Part shown: positions 9,899 through 19,981 of the stretch, in pieces
How the letters are laid out: every line of letters starts with the position of its first letter
Position numbering within the stretch: position 1 is the first letter of the stretch
Assembly (NCBI GenBank): GCA_003696625.1
Contig: RFGR01000023.1
Location: forward strand, 8,298 to 72,297
Source: Planctomycetota bacterium
GTDB lineage: Bacteria > Planctomycetota > UBA1135
Direction: 5' to 3'
DNA length: 64,000 nucleotides
Program-made: the position numbers and the translations under genes
Notes under the pieces: generated by a model
Told to the model about the DNA's origin: nothing
The model's database searches: none
What the model saw: the letters and a program-made list of their open reading frames with translations, nothing else

Positions 9899-10336
9899 CT
9901 ATTCTTCGACCGCTTTTCTCAATAGGCGCGCGAGCTGCACTTTCTCGGAATCACTCAGCGCCGAGAATTGGCCGGCATGGACTGCGGCGATCGGCTGATA
10001 GAGGCGGCGACAAAGCTGCCGACCTTTTTCCTCCAAAAAAGCCAGAACCACCCGACGGTCCCGAGGGTTTCGCTCGCGTCGGATCAGGCCGTTTCGCTCC
10101 ATCCGATCGAGCAATCGGGTCACATCCGGAACCCGGTGGATCAGCTCGCGGGAGATCCGGCTGCAGGAGACCCCTTCCGGTTCCGCCTGGATCAAGATCC
10201 GGAGGACGTTGAACTGGGTCGGGGTGATCTTCTCGTGGCGGAACAAGGCCTGGAACTCCCCCACCAGGGCCTCGTGGGCCCGCACGAGCCAGAGATAGGC
10301 TTCCCGCGACGGGGAGTCCGGGATGTCGTCGAGCAC
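9899..10336 (-). CDS. MarR-family transcriptional regulator
   Basis: Winged-helix core ITPTQFNVLRIL...ISRELIHRVPDVTRLLDRMERNGLIRRERNPRDRRVV. Start assigned to the GTG at 10336, giving the typical length of about 145 aa. The longer ORF N-terminus is Arg-rich junk. Confidence 0.8.
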   Translation of the reverse strand: MLDDIPDSPSREAYLWLVRAHEALVGEFQALFRHEKITPTQFNVLRILIQAEPEGVSCSRISRELIHRVPDVTRLLDRMERNGLIRRERNPRDRRVVLAFLEEKGRQLCRRLYQPIAAVHAGQFSALSDSEKVQLARLLRKAVEE

Positions 10337-10608
10337 GGTCTCGATTCTAATCCACCGACATTGGTTGGTTGCACGAGCGATTGCGTTCGGCGCCTCCACC
10401 CACGCTCGGTGCCGCCGCCTGCTCCTCGACGCCACCAGAACCCCCGCCACGCCGGTGCTGCCGGCCCGGGGATCGACTCTTCCTCGCAATTCGGCCTGCG
10501 CCGAAACCGGACCCCCGTAGAGGGGCTGCCGCTTACCCGAGGAACGGGTAGCATCAGCTGCTTCCCGTGGCGGGAACCAACCCGCCACTAACCAAACCGA
10601 ACACGAAG

Positions 10609-11622
10609 ATGAACCGAATTCTGCTGTCCGCGGGTCTCGCTCTGGCCTGCGCCGTCCCCGCCCAGGCCCAGGATCAGGAGGCCGCCTGGTTCGCCGATTT
10701 CGACCAGGCCGTCGCGGCCGCCAAGGACCAGGGCAAGGACCTGTTCGTGGACTTCACCGGCTCCGACTGGTGCGGCTGGTGCATGAAGCTCCACGAGGAG
10801 GTCTTCTCGCACGAGGAGTTCCTGAAGCCGGTCCAGGAGAAGTACGTCCTGGTCGCCCTCGACTTCCCGCGCGGCGAGGAGGCCAAGGCCGCTGTTCCCA
10901 ACCCCGAGCGCAACGACGAGCTGCTCGAGAAGTACGGGATCGAAGGCTTCCCGACCTGCCTGCTGATGACTCCGGCGGGGGTCGTCTACGGCCGCACCGG
11001 CTACCGCGAGGGCGGTCCCGAGGCCTACGTCGAGCACCTGCGCGAACTCGCCGCCAGCGGCAAGAAGATCCTGGCCCAGCTCAAGGAGCTGAAGCAGGAA
11101 TTCCAGGCCGCCGAGGACAAGGCGCCGGTGATCGACAAGGCGATCACCCTGCTGGCCGACATGAACCCGGACAGCCCGGGCGTCACCGTCGTCGCCGAGA
11201 TGGTCGGCAAGGCGCTGAAGCTCGACCCTGAGAACAAGAAGGGCATGAAGCTGCGCGCGGTCAAGGCCCTGCTCGACTCCGGCCAGGCCAAGGACGAGAT
11301 CCTCGCCGCCGCCCGCAACATGGACCCGAAGAACGAGAACGGCCTGCTCGAGAAGGTGGTCGGCTTCCAGTTCGGCAAGGTCCGCGACGAGCAGAGCGCC
11401 CTGGCCGCGATTTCCTCGATCGAGAAGCTGCTCGAGCTGGGCAACTTCCAGGACAAGGCCCAGGTCAAGCAGATGGCGGCGATGGCCGCGCTCTGGTGCG
11501 ACGGCCCGCTGCAGGACCACGAGCGCGCCTTGGCGCTGGCCGAGAAGGCCAAGGCGATCGACGCCGAACTCGACCCGCGTCTGCAGGAGGCCTTCGACAA
11601 GATCGGCCAGCCGGACGCCTGA
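10609..11622 (+). CDS. Secreted thioredoxin-like protein (thioredoxin_7/DUF255-like fold, CGWC motif) with a helical C-terminal region
   Basis: Signal peptide MNRILLSAGLALACAVPAQA. DFTGSDWCGWCMKL active-site-like motif. GFPTCLL cis-Pro region. Confidence 0.8.
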   Translation: MNRILLSAGLALACAVPAQAQDQEAAWFADFDQAVAAAKDQGKDLFVDFTGSDWCGWCMKLHEEVFSHEEFLKPVQEKYVLVALDFPRGEEAKAAVPNPERNDELLEKYGIEGFPTCLLMTPAGVVYGRTGYREGGPEAYVEHLRELAASGKKILAQLKELKQEFQAAEDKAPVIDKAITLLADMNPDSPGVTVVAEMVGKALKLDPENKKGMKLRAVKALLDSGQAKDEILAAARNMDPKNENGLLEKVVGFQFGKVRDEQSALAAISSIEKLLELGNFQDKAQVKQMAAMAALWCDGPLQDHERALALAEKAKAIDAELDPRLQEAFDKIGQPDA

Positions 11623-11659
11623 CCGGCGGCCCCGGCCGCCAGAAGGCCGGAGCGAAGAG

Positions 11660-11687
11660 AAGCCCAGGAGCCCCGGCTCCTGGGCTT
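11660..11687. terminator. Bidirectional hairpin between convergent genes
   Basis: AAGCCCAGGAGCC/GGCTCCTGGGCTT 13-nt inverted repeat with T/C-rich flanks on both strands. Confidence 0.55.
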
Positions 11688-11710
11688 CATTCTCGCCGCC
11701 GGCCGTCGGG

Positions 11711-14700
11711 TCAGCGGTCCTCCGGCCGCACCCCCATGCCGCTGCGGTCCGGGTACGGCGGCCGGGCCGGCGGTCGGTAGGGGTGCTCCTCCAGCTCCTG
11801 CAGCATCAGGTCGATGGCGGCGTCGAGCTGCGGGTCGGCGCCGTCGGCCATCAGGGCCGGATCGTCGATCACCTCGAGGTCGGGATCGACCCCGTGCCCT
11901 TCGACCCCCCAGGTGCCGTCCTTCTCGTAGAAACCGAAGGTCGGGACGGTGATGCTGCCGCCGTCGACCAGGCCGGGGTTGCCGGAGATCCCGATCAGGC
12001 CGCCCCAGGTCCGGCGCCCGATCAGCTTGCCGATCCCGGCCTGCTTGAAGTAGTACGGGAAGGCGTCGCCGCCGGAGCCGGACGGCCCGTTGATCAGCAT
12101 GCACTTCGGCCCCTGGTGACTGTCCGGCGGCCAGCGGAAGTCGCGGCCGTCGCGGGTGGTCCAGTAGTTGGTGACCGGCCGGTTCAGCAGCTCGATGAAG
12201 CGGGTCGGGATCTGGCCGCCGCCGTTCCAGCGCTCGTCGATGATCAGGGCCTCGGCGGTGAGGTTGCCGAAGAACTGCCGGAACAGTTCGTTTTGGCCGT
12301 TGACGCCGGTGTCGGGCACGTGGATGTAGCCGACCCGGCCGTTGGTCCGTTCGGCCACGTGCCGCCGGCGCTGTTCGACCCAGTCCCGGTAGCGTAGGGC
12401 CGCTTCGCTGGCGATCGGCTTCACCACCACCTCGCGCGCTTCGTCGTCGAGGACCGGCTTGCTGCTCACGGTCAGGATCGTCGCCCGTCCGGCCAGGCCG
12501 ATGAACGGCGCCCAGGGATCGACCGTCGGATCCACCGGCACGCCGTTCACCGCCAGCAGGTAGTCGCCTTCGTGTACGTCGACCCCCGGCTGGCCGAGCG
12601 GACCGCGGGCGTCGGCGTCCCAGTCGGCGCCGCCGATGATCCGGGCGATGCGATAGGCGCCGTCGGCCAGCTCCCAGTCGACCCCGAGCATGCCGACGTT
12701 CTGGCGCGGCGCCGTTTCGCCGTCGCCGCGCCCGCCGAGGTAGGCGTGGCCGACGTTCAGCTCGGCGATCATCTCACCGAGCAGGAACTGCAGATCCTCG
12801 CGCGAGGCGCAGAAGGGCAGGAGGGCGCCGTACTTCTCCCGCACCGCCGGCCAGTCCACCCCGTGCATGTTCGGGGCGTAGAAGTAGTCCCGCATGATCC
12901 GCCAGGCATCGACGAAGATCTGCCCCCACTCGGCCCGCGGATCGATCCGGGTCATCATGCCGGCGGTCGGCACCGGTTCGCCGGAACCACCCGGCGCGGC
13001 GTTCTGGATCGAGGCCGAACGGCCGCGAACGACCAGCAGCTTCTTGCCGTCGGCGCTGAGATCGAAGGCGGCGGCGCCGCCGGCCACGGTCTTCTCGGCC
13101 GGGTCGTCCTCGCCGAGGTCGAGCAGCATGATCGCCGGCGCGCCCTGGCCGCCGACCGGCAACCGGGCGTAGAGGAGCTGGTTCTTGTCGTTCACCGCCA
13201 GCCGGCCGAAGGCGCCCGGCGGCACCGGCAGCGGGATCGCCCGGCGCTCGAAGCCGTCGAGGTCGATCGCCACGGTCTCGCGCTCGTCGCCGCCGGCGGC
13301 TCCGGCGTCCTCCTCGTCCTGACCGCCGCCAACGGCGGTCCGCTCCAGCTCGACGCTCAGGCTCATGCCGAGAGCGGCGATCGTGACCGTGCCGGTCAGG
13401 CGCCGCCCCTGAACCACCCCGCTCAGATGGGCCGGCAGACTCTCGTCGGTGTAGAGATCGATCTCCACCGCCCCGGTCTCCCGGTCGAAGGTGCCGCCGG
13501 TGATCGTGGCCGACCCCATCGGCACCTCGGCCGAGCCGTGGATCGAGCCGTCCCCGCCGAGCTGCACCTGCGCGGTCATCGGCACCCCGCCGGGCGGCAG
13601 GTCGCCGCCGCTGAGGGTCCCCTCCCAGGTGCCGGAGATGCCGTCGTCGGCGGCCGGCTGATCGCCTTCGCCGCCGCCGCCTTCCTCCTTCTCTTCCTCC
13701 GGCTCGGCGGTCCAGTCCTCCTCGTCGCTCGTCGGCGCCCAGGGCAGAGCCTGGTCGGCCCGGAGCGGCACCGCCATCAACACCTGCGTCCCCTGGTAGA
13801 TGAAGGTGGTGTCGAGGGTGCTGTAGGTGGGCGCGAAGTGGCGGTCGCTGGCGTAGAACAGCCAGTCGCCGCGGCGGTCGAAGACCGGGTTGCGGTCGGC
13901 GAAGGCGCCGGCGGTGACGACGTGGGTGGCGCCGGTCTCGACCTCGTAGAGGTGGATCCTGCTCACCGGCGAGTCGCCGACCGCCATCGACCAGGTGATC
14001 CAGCGCGAGTCGTGTGACCAGTTCGGGGTGCTCATGCCGCCGCCCCAGAAATCCCACTCGCTCCGGGCCAGCAGCTTCCGGTCGCCGCTGGCCGCCTCGA
14101 CCAGCCAGGCGCTGCCGGTCTTGTCGCGATAGATGAGCCACTTCGAATCCGGCGACCAGACGATCTCGGTCTTGAAGGGGCCGCCGTCGTCGGTCAGCCG
14201 CCGGGTCTCGCCTTTGCCGTCGGACTGGGTGAGCCACAGCTCGTACTCGCCGGTGCGGTCGCTGAAGAAGGCGATCCAGCGACCGTCCGGGCTCCAGGTC
14301 GCGCTGCGTTCGGCGCTGGCGTCGCTGCGGGTCAGATTGCGCGGCGGGCCCTCCTTGGCCGGCAGGGTCCAGACGTCGCCGCGGGCGGTCACCGCCACCC
14401 TCTTGCCGTGCGGAGAGATGCTCCAGTCGGTGATGTTCTCGGCGGCGTCCACCGTCCGCGGCCGCACGCGGGCGGCGTCGCCGGGCACCCGCACCTCGAC
14501 CGGGCGCGAGCGCTCGCTGGCCAGGTCGAGCAGCCGCAGTTCGGGGCCGAGCTGAAAAACGATCTCGCCCTGACCGTGGTCGCCCGGTCCGATGGAAGGC
14601 CAAGCGATGTCGAAGTCGGTGAAATGGGTGACCTGGCTGCGGGTATGGTCGCGCAGGTCGTACTTCCAGATGTTCAGCCGGTGCTCGCCGCCGGCGTCGG

Positions 14701-15391
14701 AGAGATAGTAGAGGACCGGCCCGTGCCACATCGGCTGGCTGTCGGTGCCCTCCCAGTCGGTCACTTGGCGGGCTTCCCGGCTCTGCAGGTCGAACAGCCA
14801 GATGTCGGAGGCCAGGCCGCCGCGGTACCGCTTCCAGGTCCGGCCGTCACGGCTGATCGGCGTGTAGGCCAGCCAGCGGCCGTCCTCGCTGATCGCGCCG
14901 AAGGCGCCGTAGGGGACCGGCAGCAGCTCGGGCAGGCCGCCTTCGGGCGACACGGTCAACAGCGAGGTCTGCCGGCGCTGACCGGTGAAGCCGCGGCTGT
15001 GGAACAACAGCCGGCCGTCGGCCAGCCACTCGTTCATCGTCTCCCCTTCCGGGTGGTGGGTGACCCGCCGGGCGACCCCGCCGCCGACCGGGATCACGTA
15101 GATGTCCCGGTTGCCCTCGTAGTTGCCGATGAATGCGATCTCGCTGCCGTCCGGACTGAAGCGCGGGAACGACTCCTGGCCGGGCGGGCTGGCCAGCGGC
15201 ACGGCCAGGCCGCCGGCGCGATCGACCGTCCAGAGGTCGTTCGCGTAGGAGAAGACGATCCGCTCGGCGCTGACGTCGGGCCAGCGCAGCATCCCGGCGT
15301 GGGGGGCGACCTCGGCGGGATCCTGGCCGGGCTGAGGGGCCGCGGCGAGGAGCAGCGGCAGGACGATGGAAGGCAGGGGGAAGGTCCGCAT
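11711..15391 (-). CDS. Tricorn protease homolog (TolB-like beta-propellers, PDZ and S41 peptidase domain)
   Basis: ATG at 15391 (MRTFPLPSIVLPLLLAAA signal). FPRFSPDGSEIAF, WSPDGRWIAF and WSPDSKWL propeller repeats. C-terminal S41-like IIDERWNGGG and INGPSGSGGD. Confidence 0.88.
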   Translation of the reverse strand: MRTFPLPSIVLPLLLAAAPQPGQDPAEVAPHAGMLRWPDVSAERIVFSYANDLWTVDRAGGLAVPLASPPGQESFPRFSPDGSEIAFIGNYEGNRDIYVIPVGGGVARRVTHHPEGETMNEWLADGRLLFHSRGFTGQRRQTSLLTVSPEGGLPELLPVPYGAFGAISEDGRWLAYTPISRDGRTWKRYRGGLASDIWLFDLQSREARQVTDWEGTDSQPMWHGPVLYYLSDAGGEHRLNIWKYDLRDHTRSQVTHFTDFDIAWPSIGPGDHGQGEIVFQLGPELRLLDLASERSRPVEVRVPGDAARVRPRTVDAAENITDWSISPHGKRVAVTARGDVWTLPAKEGPPRNLTRSDASAERSATWSPDGRWIAFFSDRTGEYELWLTQSDGKGETRRLTDDGGPFKTEIVWSPDSKWLIYRDKTGSAWLVEAASGDRKLLARSEWDFWGGGMSTPNWSHDSRWITWSMAVGDSPVSRIHLYEVETGATHVVTAGAFADRNPVFDRRGDWLFYASDRHFAPTYSTLDTTFIYQGTQVLMAVPLRADQALPWAPTSDEEDWTAEPEEEKEEGGGGEGDQPAADDGISGTWEGTLSGGDLPPGGVPMTAQVQLGGDGSIHGSAEVPMGSATITGGTFDRETGAVEIDLYTDESLPAHLSGVVQGRRLTGTVTIAALGMSLSVELERTAVGGGQDEEDAGAAGGDERETVAIDLDGFERRAIPLPVPPGAFGRLAVNDKNQLLYARLPVGGQGAPAIMLLDLGEDDPAEKTVAGGAAAFDLSADGKKLLVVRGRSASIQNAAPGGSGEPVPTAGMMTRIDPRAEWGQIFVDAWRIMRDYFYAPNMHGVDWPAVREKYGALLPFCASREDLQFLLGEMIAELNVGHAYLGGRGDGETAPRQNVGMLGVDWELADGAYRIARIIGGADWDADARGPLGQPGVDVHEGDYLLAVNGVPVDPTVDPWAPFIGLAGRATILTVSSKPVLDDEAREVVVKPIASEAALRYRDWVEQRRRHVAERTNGRVGYIHVPDTGVNGQNELFRQFFGNLTAEALIIDERWNGGGQIPTRFIELLNRPVTNYWTTRDGRDFRWPPDSHQGPKCMLINGPSGSGGDAFPYYFKQAGIGKLIGRRTWGGLIGISGNPGLVDGGSITVPTFGFYEKDGTWGVEGHGVDPDLEVIDDPALMADGADPQLDAAIDLMLQELEEHPYRPPARPPYPDRSGMGVRPEDR

Positions 15392-15480
15392 CGATCTGTT
15401 TTCGGGGGAAGGGCGGGATCGTAAGCCCTTTCCGGCCGGCGACCGGTTTCCTTCCGTCGCGGGCCGGATCGCCGGGTCGG

Positions 15481-15861
15481 TCAGGCGGCGTCCTCGAACA
15501 GACCGAGGATGTTCCCCTCGGTGTCCTTGGCGTAGCAGCACCAGCCGACCCCGGGAACTTCGAACTTCGGCACCACGATCCGGCCGCCGGCGGCCACCAC
15601 CCGGGCCGCCGCCTCGTCCACCGAGGCCACGGAGACGGTACAGACGAAGGCGGTGACCGCCTGACCCTCGTCGGGCCGCCCGCCCTGCCGTCGGACCAGG
15701 CCACCGTTGATCCCCGGCTGGTCCTCGGGCCCGGTGACGATGGTCCAGTACTCCATGCCCTCGCCGAAGGCATGGAAGGTCCAGGCGAAGGCTTCGCTGT
15801 AGAAAGCGATGGCCCGCTCGGGGTCGTCGGCGTGGATCTCGAAGTGGACGACGCGGTTCAC
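15481..15861 (-). CDS. VOC/glyoxalase-family protein
   Basis: VVHFEIHADDPERAIAFY...GWCCYAKDTEGNILGLFE. GTG at 15861 overlaps the upstream stop (GTGA). Confidence 0.8.
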   Translation of the reverse strand: MNRVVHFEIHADDPERAIAFYSEAFAWTFHAFGEGMEYWTIVTGPEDQPGINGGLVRRQGGRPDEGQAVTAFVCTVSVASVDEAAARVVAAGGRIVVPKFEVPGVGWCCYAKDTEGNILGLFEDAA

Positions 15862-16751
15862 GGCGTGGCTCCGGCGGCGGCGAGGCGCCCGAGAAGGGCA
15901 TCCGCCAGCCGGCCGGCCGCCTCCGGCGCGTGGCGGAAGAACAGGGAGGGTTCGACGGCCTCGAACTCGTTCAGGAGCAGGTCGCCGTCGGGACCGCGCA
16001 GGAAATCGATCCGGGCGTAGAGCAGCCGGCCGAAGCGTCGCTCGGCCAGCCGGAGGACACCGTCGGCGAGGTCCAGCTCGTCGGGACCGAAGGACCAGGG
16101 CTCGTCGGAGGCCCCGAAGTCGTCCTGGGCACGATAGTCGCCGGGAACGGGGATCTTGCGCACGCCGTGGCTGAACTCGCCGTCGAAGTAGACCGCGCTC
16201 AGCTCCCCCTCCTCCTCGATGCCGGGGAGGTAGGGCTGGATCATCAGCGCCTCGTGCGGCAGCAGCCGCTCGAGATGTGCCTGGGCGCGGGCCAGGCCCT
16301 CCTCGTCGGCGCGGAAGCGGAGGGTCTCGCGGGCGGTGGCGCCGACCAGCGGCTTGATGAAGGCCCGTTCCCAGGGGTAGTACTCCAGGATTTGCCGGAT
16401 CGTCACCTGCGCGCCGGCCTCCAGCCAGACGGTCGGGGCCAGCGGCGCGCCCAGGTCGGCCAGCTCGCGGAGGTAGCTCTTGTGGGTGTTCCAACGCACC
16501 ACCCCCGGCGGGTTGAAGAGCCGGGTTCGGCCGGCCACGCGCTCGGCCCAGGCGACGAATTCCTCTCGGTGCTCCTGATAGTCCCAGGTCGTGCGGATCA
16601 GGACGGCGGCGAAGGAGGACCAGTCCACGGTCGGGTCGTTCCAAACCGGATGGGCCAGCTCCACCCCCCGCGCCGCGAAGGCGGCGTGGAGCGGACGATC
16701 GTCGATCTCCCAGTCCGGCAGATCCCGGCAAGTGGCGAGGGCGATCCGCAC
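15858..16751 (-). CDS. ATP-grasp ligase (RimK/glutathione-synthetase-like)
   Basis: GTG start. MRIALATCRDLPDWEIDD N-domain. FIKPLVGA, MIQPYL and ARIDFL...LNEFEAVEPSLF ATP-grasp motifs. Confidence 0.8.
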   Translation of the reverse strand: MRIALATCRDLPDWEIDDRPLHAAFAARGVELAHPVWNDPTVDWSSFAAVLIRTTWDYQEHREEFVAWAERVAGRTRLFNPPGVVRWNTHKSYLRELADLGAPLAPTVWLEAGAQVTIRQILEYYPWERAFIKPLVGATARETLRFRADEEGLARAQAHLERLLPHEALMIQPYLPGIEEEGELSAVYFDGEFSHGVRKIPVPGDYRAQDDFGASDEPWSFGPDELDLADGVLRLAERRFGRLLYARIDFLRGPDGDLLLNEFEAVEPSLFFRHAPEAAGRLADALLGRLAAAGATP

Positions 16752-16859
16752 GCGGGATCAGGATAGGCCCGCCGCCCGTTCCCCGCCCGTAACCCATTCC
16801 GGCGGCCGCGGGCGCCCGAGGCCGGTACGGACCTTGCACCGAGAGGCCGGCGCCCGATC

Positions 16860-17996
16860 ATGCCGACGATGCGACCTGCCACCTCCTTCCTCTGTCTGCT
16901 CCCGCTCGCCGCTGCCTGCGCCGGTCCGGCCGCGGCGCCGGATCCCAGCCGCGGCGAGGTGCCGTTGCCCGCCGGCCCCGGCTGGGAGGCCCGCCTGCTC
17001 TGGGCCGGCGACGCCGGCGTCTGGACCGTCGAGGCGGCTCCGGTCTTCCCCCAGCACGGCTCGCCGGCGGTGGTCGGCCTGGACGACCGCGGCCGCTGCC
17101 TGGTCCTCGTCTCCTACAGCGGCAAGTGGACGCCGTTGCCGCGGGTGCACGACGGCCGCTGGCTCGGCGGCTTCGCCTTCGCTGACCTGGACCCGCGGGC
17201 GCCGGGCGCCGAACTCTACGTCGGCGGCCAGGCCGGCAACCTCTACCAACTCCGGGCCTACCCCGAGGGGGCGCTCGACGCCCGCCGCATCGCCCATCTG
17301 CCCGGGCGGGAGATTCACACCCTGGCCGGGCTCGGAGAGCGCGGCCTGCTGGTCCTGACCAATCCGGGCGAGATGTGGCACCTTACCCCGGACGCGCCGG
17401 ACGGGGAATGGAACGCGCGCCGGATGAGCGAACTGCCGGGGCGGATCCGCGACGCGGAATGGATTCGGCTGCCCGGCGAATCGGGTCGGGCCTTGGCCAC
17501 CGTCTCGCGCGCCGGCCTCCTCGAGCTGTGGCGCTTCACCGACGTCGACTGGAAGCGGGAGACGGTCTGGCAGGTGCCGATGGGGCTGGGCCGAGTGGCC
17601 TGGGATCCGGAGCGCCCGGAAGTGCTCTACACCGCGGTCGACGACGGCCGCATCGTCCGCCACGAGCGCGGCCCGAACGGCTGGCGCCACCGGACCATCT
17701 ACGACGGCCCCCAAGGCGCCCGCGGCGTCGCCGCCGGCCGCTTCAGCGCCGAGCCGGGAGTGGAAGAGACCGTGGCCGTCTTCGGCTACAGCGGCCGGGT
17801 CGAGCTGCTCAGCCGCCGCGGCGACGAGTGGAGCGTCGAGACGATCTTCACCGACGTGGACAAGGGCCACTGGCTGGCCGCGGCCGAACTGGACGGGCGC
17901 AACGAGACCCGTGAGCTGCTCGCCAGCGGCTACAGCGGCCGCGTCGTCATGCTGGTCCGGCCGCCGGGCTACGGCCGGCCGGGCGCGGCCCGCTGA
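16860..17996 (+). CDS. Lipoprotein, probable beta-propeller (FG-GAP/VCBS-like repeats), function unknown
   Basis: Lipobox LPLAAAC. Recurring about 45-aa units with D-G-R/W patterns (DDRGR, VDDGRI, ELDGRN). Confidence 0.55.
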   Translation: MPTMRPATSFLCLLPLAAACAGPAAAPDPSRGEVPLPAGPGWEARLLWAGDAGVWTVEAAPVFPQHGSPAVVGLDDRGRCLVLVSYSGKWTPLPRVHDGRWLGGFAFADLDPRAPGAELYVGGQAGNLYQLRAYPEGALDARRIAHLPGREIHTLAGLGERGLLVLTNPGEMWHLTPDAPDGEWNARRMSELPGRIRDAEWIRLPGESGRALATVSRAGLLELWRFTDVDWKRETVWQVPMGLGRVAWDPERPEVLYTAVDDGRIVRHERGPNGWRHRTIYDGPQGARGVAAGRFSAEPGVEETVAVFGYSGRVELLSRRGDEWSVETIFTDVDKGHWLAAAELDGRNETRELLASGYSGRVVMLVRPPGYGRPGAAR

Positions 17997-18066
17997 GCCG
18001 GCCGCCGCGGGCCTGGAGATCGACCCGGCGCCGGAGCCGGGGCTACCATGGTCCGAGGCCGAAACC

Positions 18067-19980
18067 ATGGGCGAGCACCAGGTCACCGCCTGCCAGGACG
18101 GCGAGCAACTCCGCTTCTTCATGAAGTGCGTGTTGCGGGATCTGCAGGCGCTCGAGGAGATGCTCGCCCGCGGCCTGATCGAGTCGGACAAGAGCCGGGT
18201 CGGGGCCGAGCAGGAGCTGTTCCTGGTCGACAGCCGCCGCCGGCCGGCGCCGCTGGCCCTGCAGGTCTTGGCAGCGGCCGACGATCCGCACTTCACCACC
18301 GAGCTGGCGCTCTTCAATCTCGAGTTCAATCTCGACCCCTTCGACTTCCGCGGCGGCTGCCTGCGCAGCCTGCTGCGCCAGCTCGAGGAGCTGCACGGCA
18401 AGGCCCGCGCCGCCGCCCGCCGGGTCGGTGGCGACGCGGTTCTGATCGGCATCCTGCCGACCCTGCGCAAGGAGGATCTGAGCCTCGAGGCGATGACCCC
18501 GATCCCGCGCTACCGGGCCCTGGCCGAGGCCATGGGCCGACTGCGCGGCGGCGAGTTCCGCCTGCGCTTGAAGGGAGTGGACGAGCTGAACGTCAAGCAC
18601 GACTCGATGATGCTCGAGGCGTGCAACACCTCCTTCCAGGTCCACCTGCAGGTTCCGGCCGAGGAGTTCGCCCGGCTCTACAACGTCGCCCAGCTCGTCG
18701 CCGCACCGGTCACCGCGGCGGCGGTGAATTCGCCGCTGCTCTTCGGCCGCCGGCTGTGGCGCGAGACTCGCTTGGCCTTGTTCCAGCAGTCGGTGGACAC
18801 GCGCAAGGCCGACCTCCACCAGCGCGAGTTCCAGCCGCGGGTCAGTTTCGGCACCGCCTGGGTCAAGGACTCCGTGCTCGAGATCTACCGCGAGGACGTC
18901 GCCCGCTTCCGCGCCCTGATCGGCAGCGAGGACTACGAGGATCCGTTCGAGGCCCTCGCCGCCGGCCGGGCGCCGCAGCTCTTCGCCCTGCGCCTGCACA
19001 CCGGCACCGTCTATCGCTGGAACCGCGCCTGCTACGGCATCAGCGACGGCCGGCCGCACCTGCGGATCGAAAATCGGCTGCTGCCGGCCGGCCCCTCGCT
19101 GGTCGACGAAGTCGCCAACGCCGCGTTCTGGTTCGGCCTGGTCCACGGCGCCGCCGCCGAATACGGCGATCCGGCCGAACGCTTCTCCTTCGACGACGCC
19201 CGCGCCAACCTGCTGGCCGCCGCCCGTCTCGGTCTCGACGCCCAGTTCACCTGGTTCGACGGCGCGGTCCTGCCGGCGGCCGAGCTGATCCTCGGTCAGC
19301 TCCTGCCCCTGGCCCGGAGCGGCCTCGACGCCTGCGGCATCGACCCGGCCGACGCCGAACGCTTCCTCGCCGTCGTCCGCCGCCGGGTCGAGAGCGGCCG
19401 CACCGGCGCCTGCTGGCAACTCTCCTCCCTGGCCAAGATGCCGGTCGAGGCCAGCGCCCAGGCCAAGGCGGCAGCCCTGGTCGAGGCCGCGATCCGCCAC
19501 CAGGCCGAGGGCCGGCCCGGGCACGAGTGGCCGCCGGCGGAGCTGGGCGAGGAGGCCTCGGTGGCGCCGGAGCACTACGCCACGGTCGACTCCTTCATGA
19601 CCACCGACATCTTCACCGTTCACGAGGACGAGCTGGTCGACCTGGCCGCCAGCCTGATGGACTGGCAGCACATCCGCCACGTTCCGGTCGAGGACGACGA
19701 TCACCGCCTGGTCGGGCTGGTCACCCACCGGGCCCTGCTGCGCCACTTCTCCCGCCGCGGATCGGCGGACGCCCAGGTGCCGGTCAAGGAGATCATGGCC
19801 ACCGACCCGGTGACCATCGCCGCCGGGGCGCCGACCCTGGAGGCCTTCCACCTCATGCGGCGGCACAAGGTCTCCTGCCTGCCGGTGGTGGACGAGCGCG
19901 GCCGCTTGGTCGGCATCGTCACCGACCACGACTTCATGGGAATCGCCGGCAAGCTGCTCGAGCGTAAGCTTCAGGAGTAG
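18067..19980 (+). CDS. Carboxylate-amine ligase of the GCS2 (glutamate-cysteine ligase family 2) type fused to a C-terminal CBS pair
   Basis: ATG at 18067. GAEQELFLVD, LEFNL and CNTSFQVHLQV are GCS2-like. C-terminal MTTDIFTV...HIRHVPVED and MATDPVTI...VSCLPVVDERGRLVGIVT are two CBS motifs. Confidence 0.8.
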   Translation: MGEHQVTACQDGEQLRFFMKCVLRDLQALEEMLARGLIESDKSRVGAEQELFLVDSRRRPAPLALQVLAAADDPHFTTELALFNLEFNLDPFDFRGGCLRSLLRQLEELHGKARAAARRVGGDAVLIGILPTLRKEDLSLEAMTPIPRYRALAEAMGRLRGGEFRLRLKGVDELNVKHDSMMLEACNTSFQVHLQVPAEEFARLYNVAQLVAAPVTAAAVNSPLLFGRRLWRETRLALFQQSVDTRKADLHQREFQPRVSFGTAWVKDSVLEIYREDVARFRALIGSEDYEDPFEALAAGRAPQLFALRLHTGTVYRWNRACYGISDGRPHLRIENRLLPAGPSLVDEVANAAFWFGLVHGAAAEYGDPAERFSFDDARANLLAAARLGLDAQFTWFDGAVLPAAELILGQLLPLARSGLDACGIDPADAERFLAVVRRRVESGRTGACWQLSSLAKMPVEASAQAKAAALVEAAIRHQAEGRPGHEWPPAELGEEASVAPEHYATVDSFMTTDIFTVHEDELVDLAASLMDWQHIRHVPVEDDDHRLVGLVTHRALLRHFSRRGSADAQVPVKEIMATDPVTIAAGAPTLEAFHLMRRHKVSCLPVVDERGRLVGIVTDHDFMGIAGKLLERKLQE

Positions 19981-19981
19981 A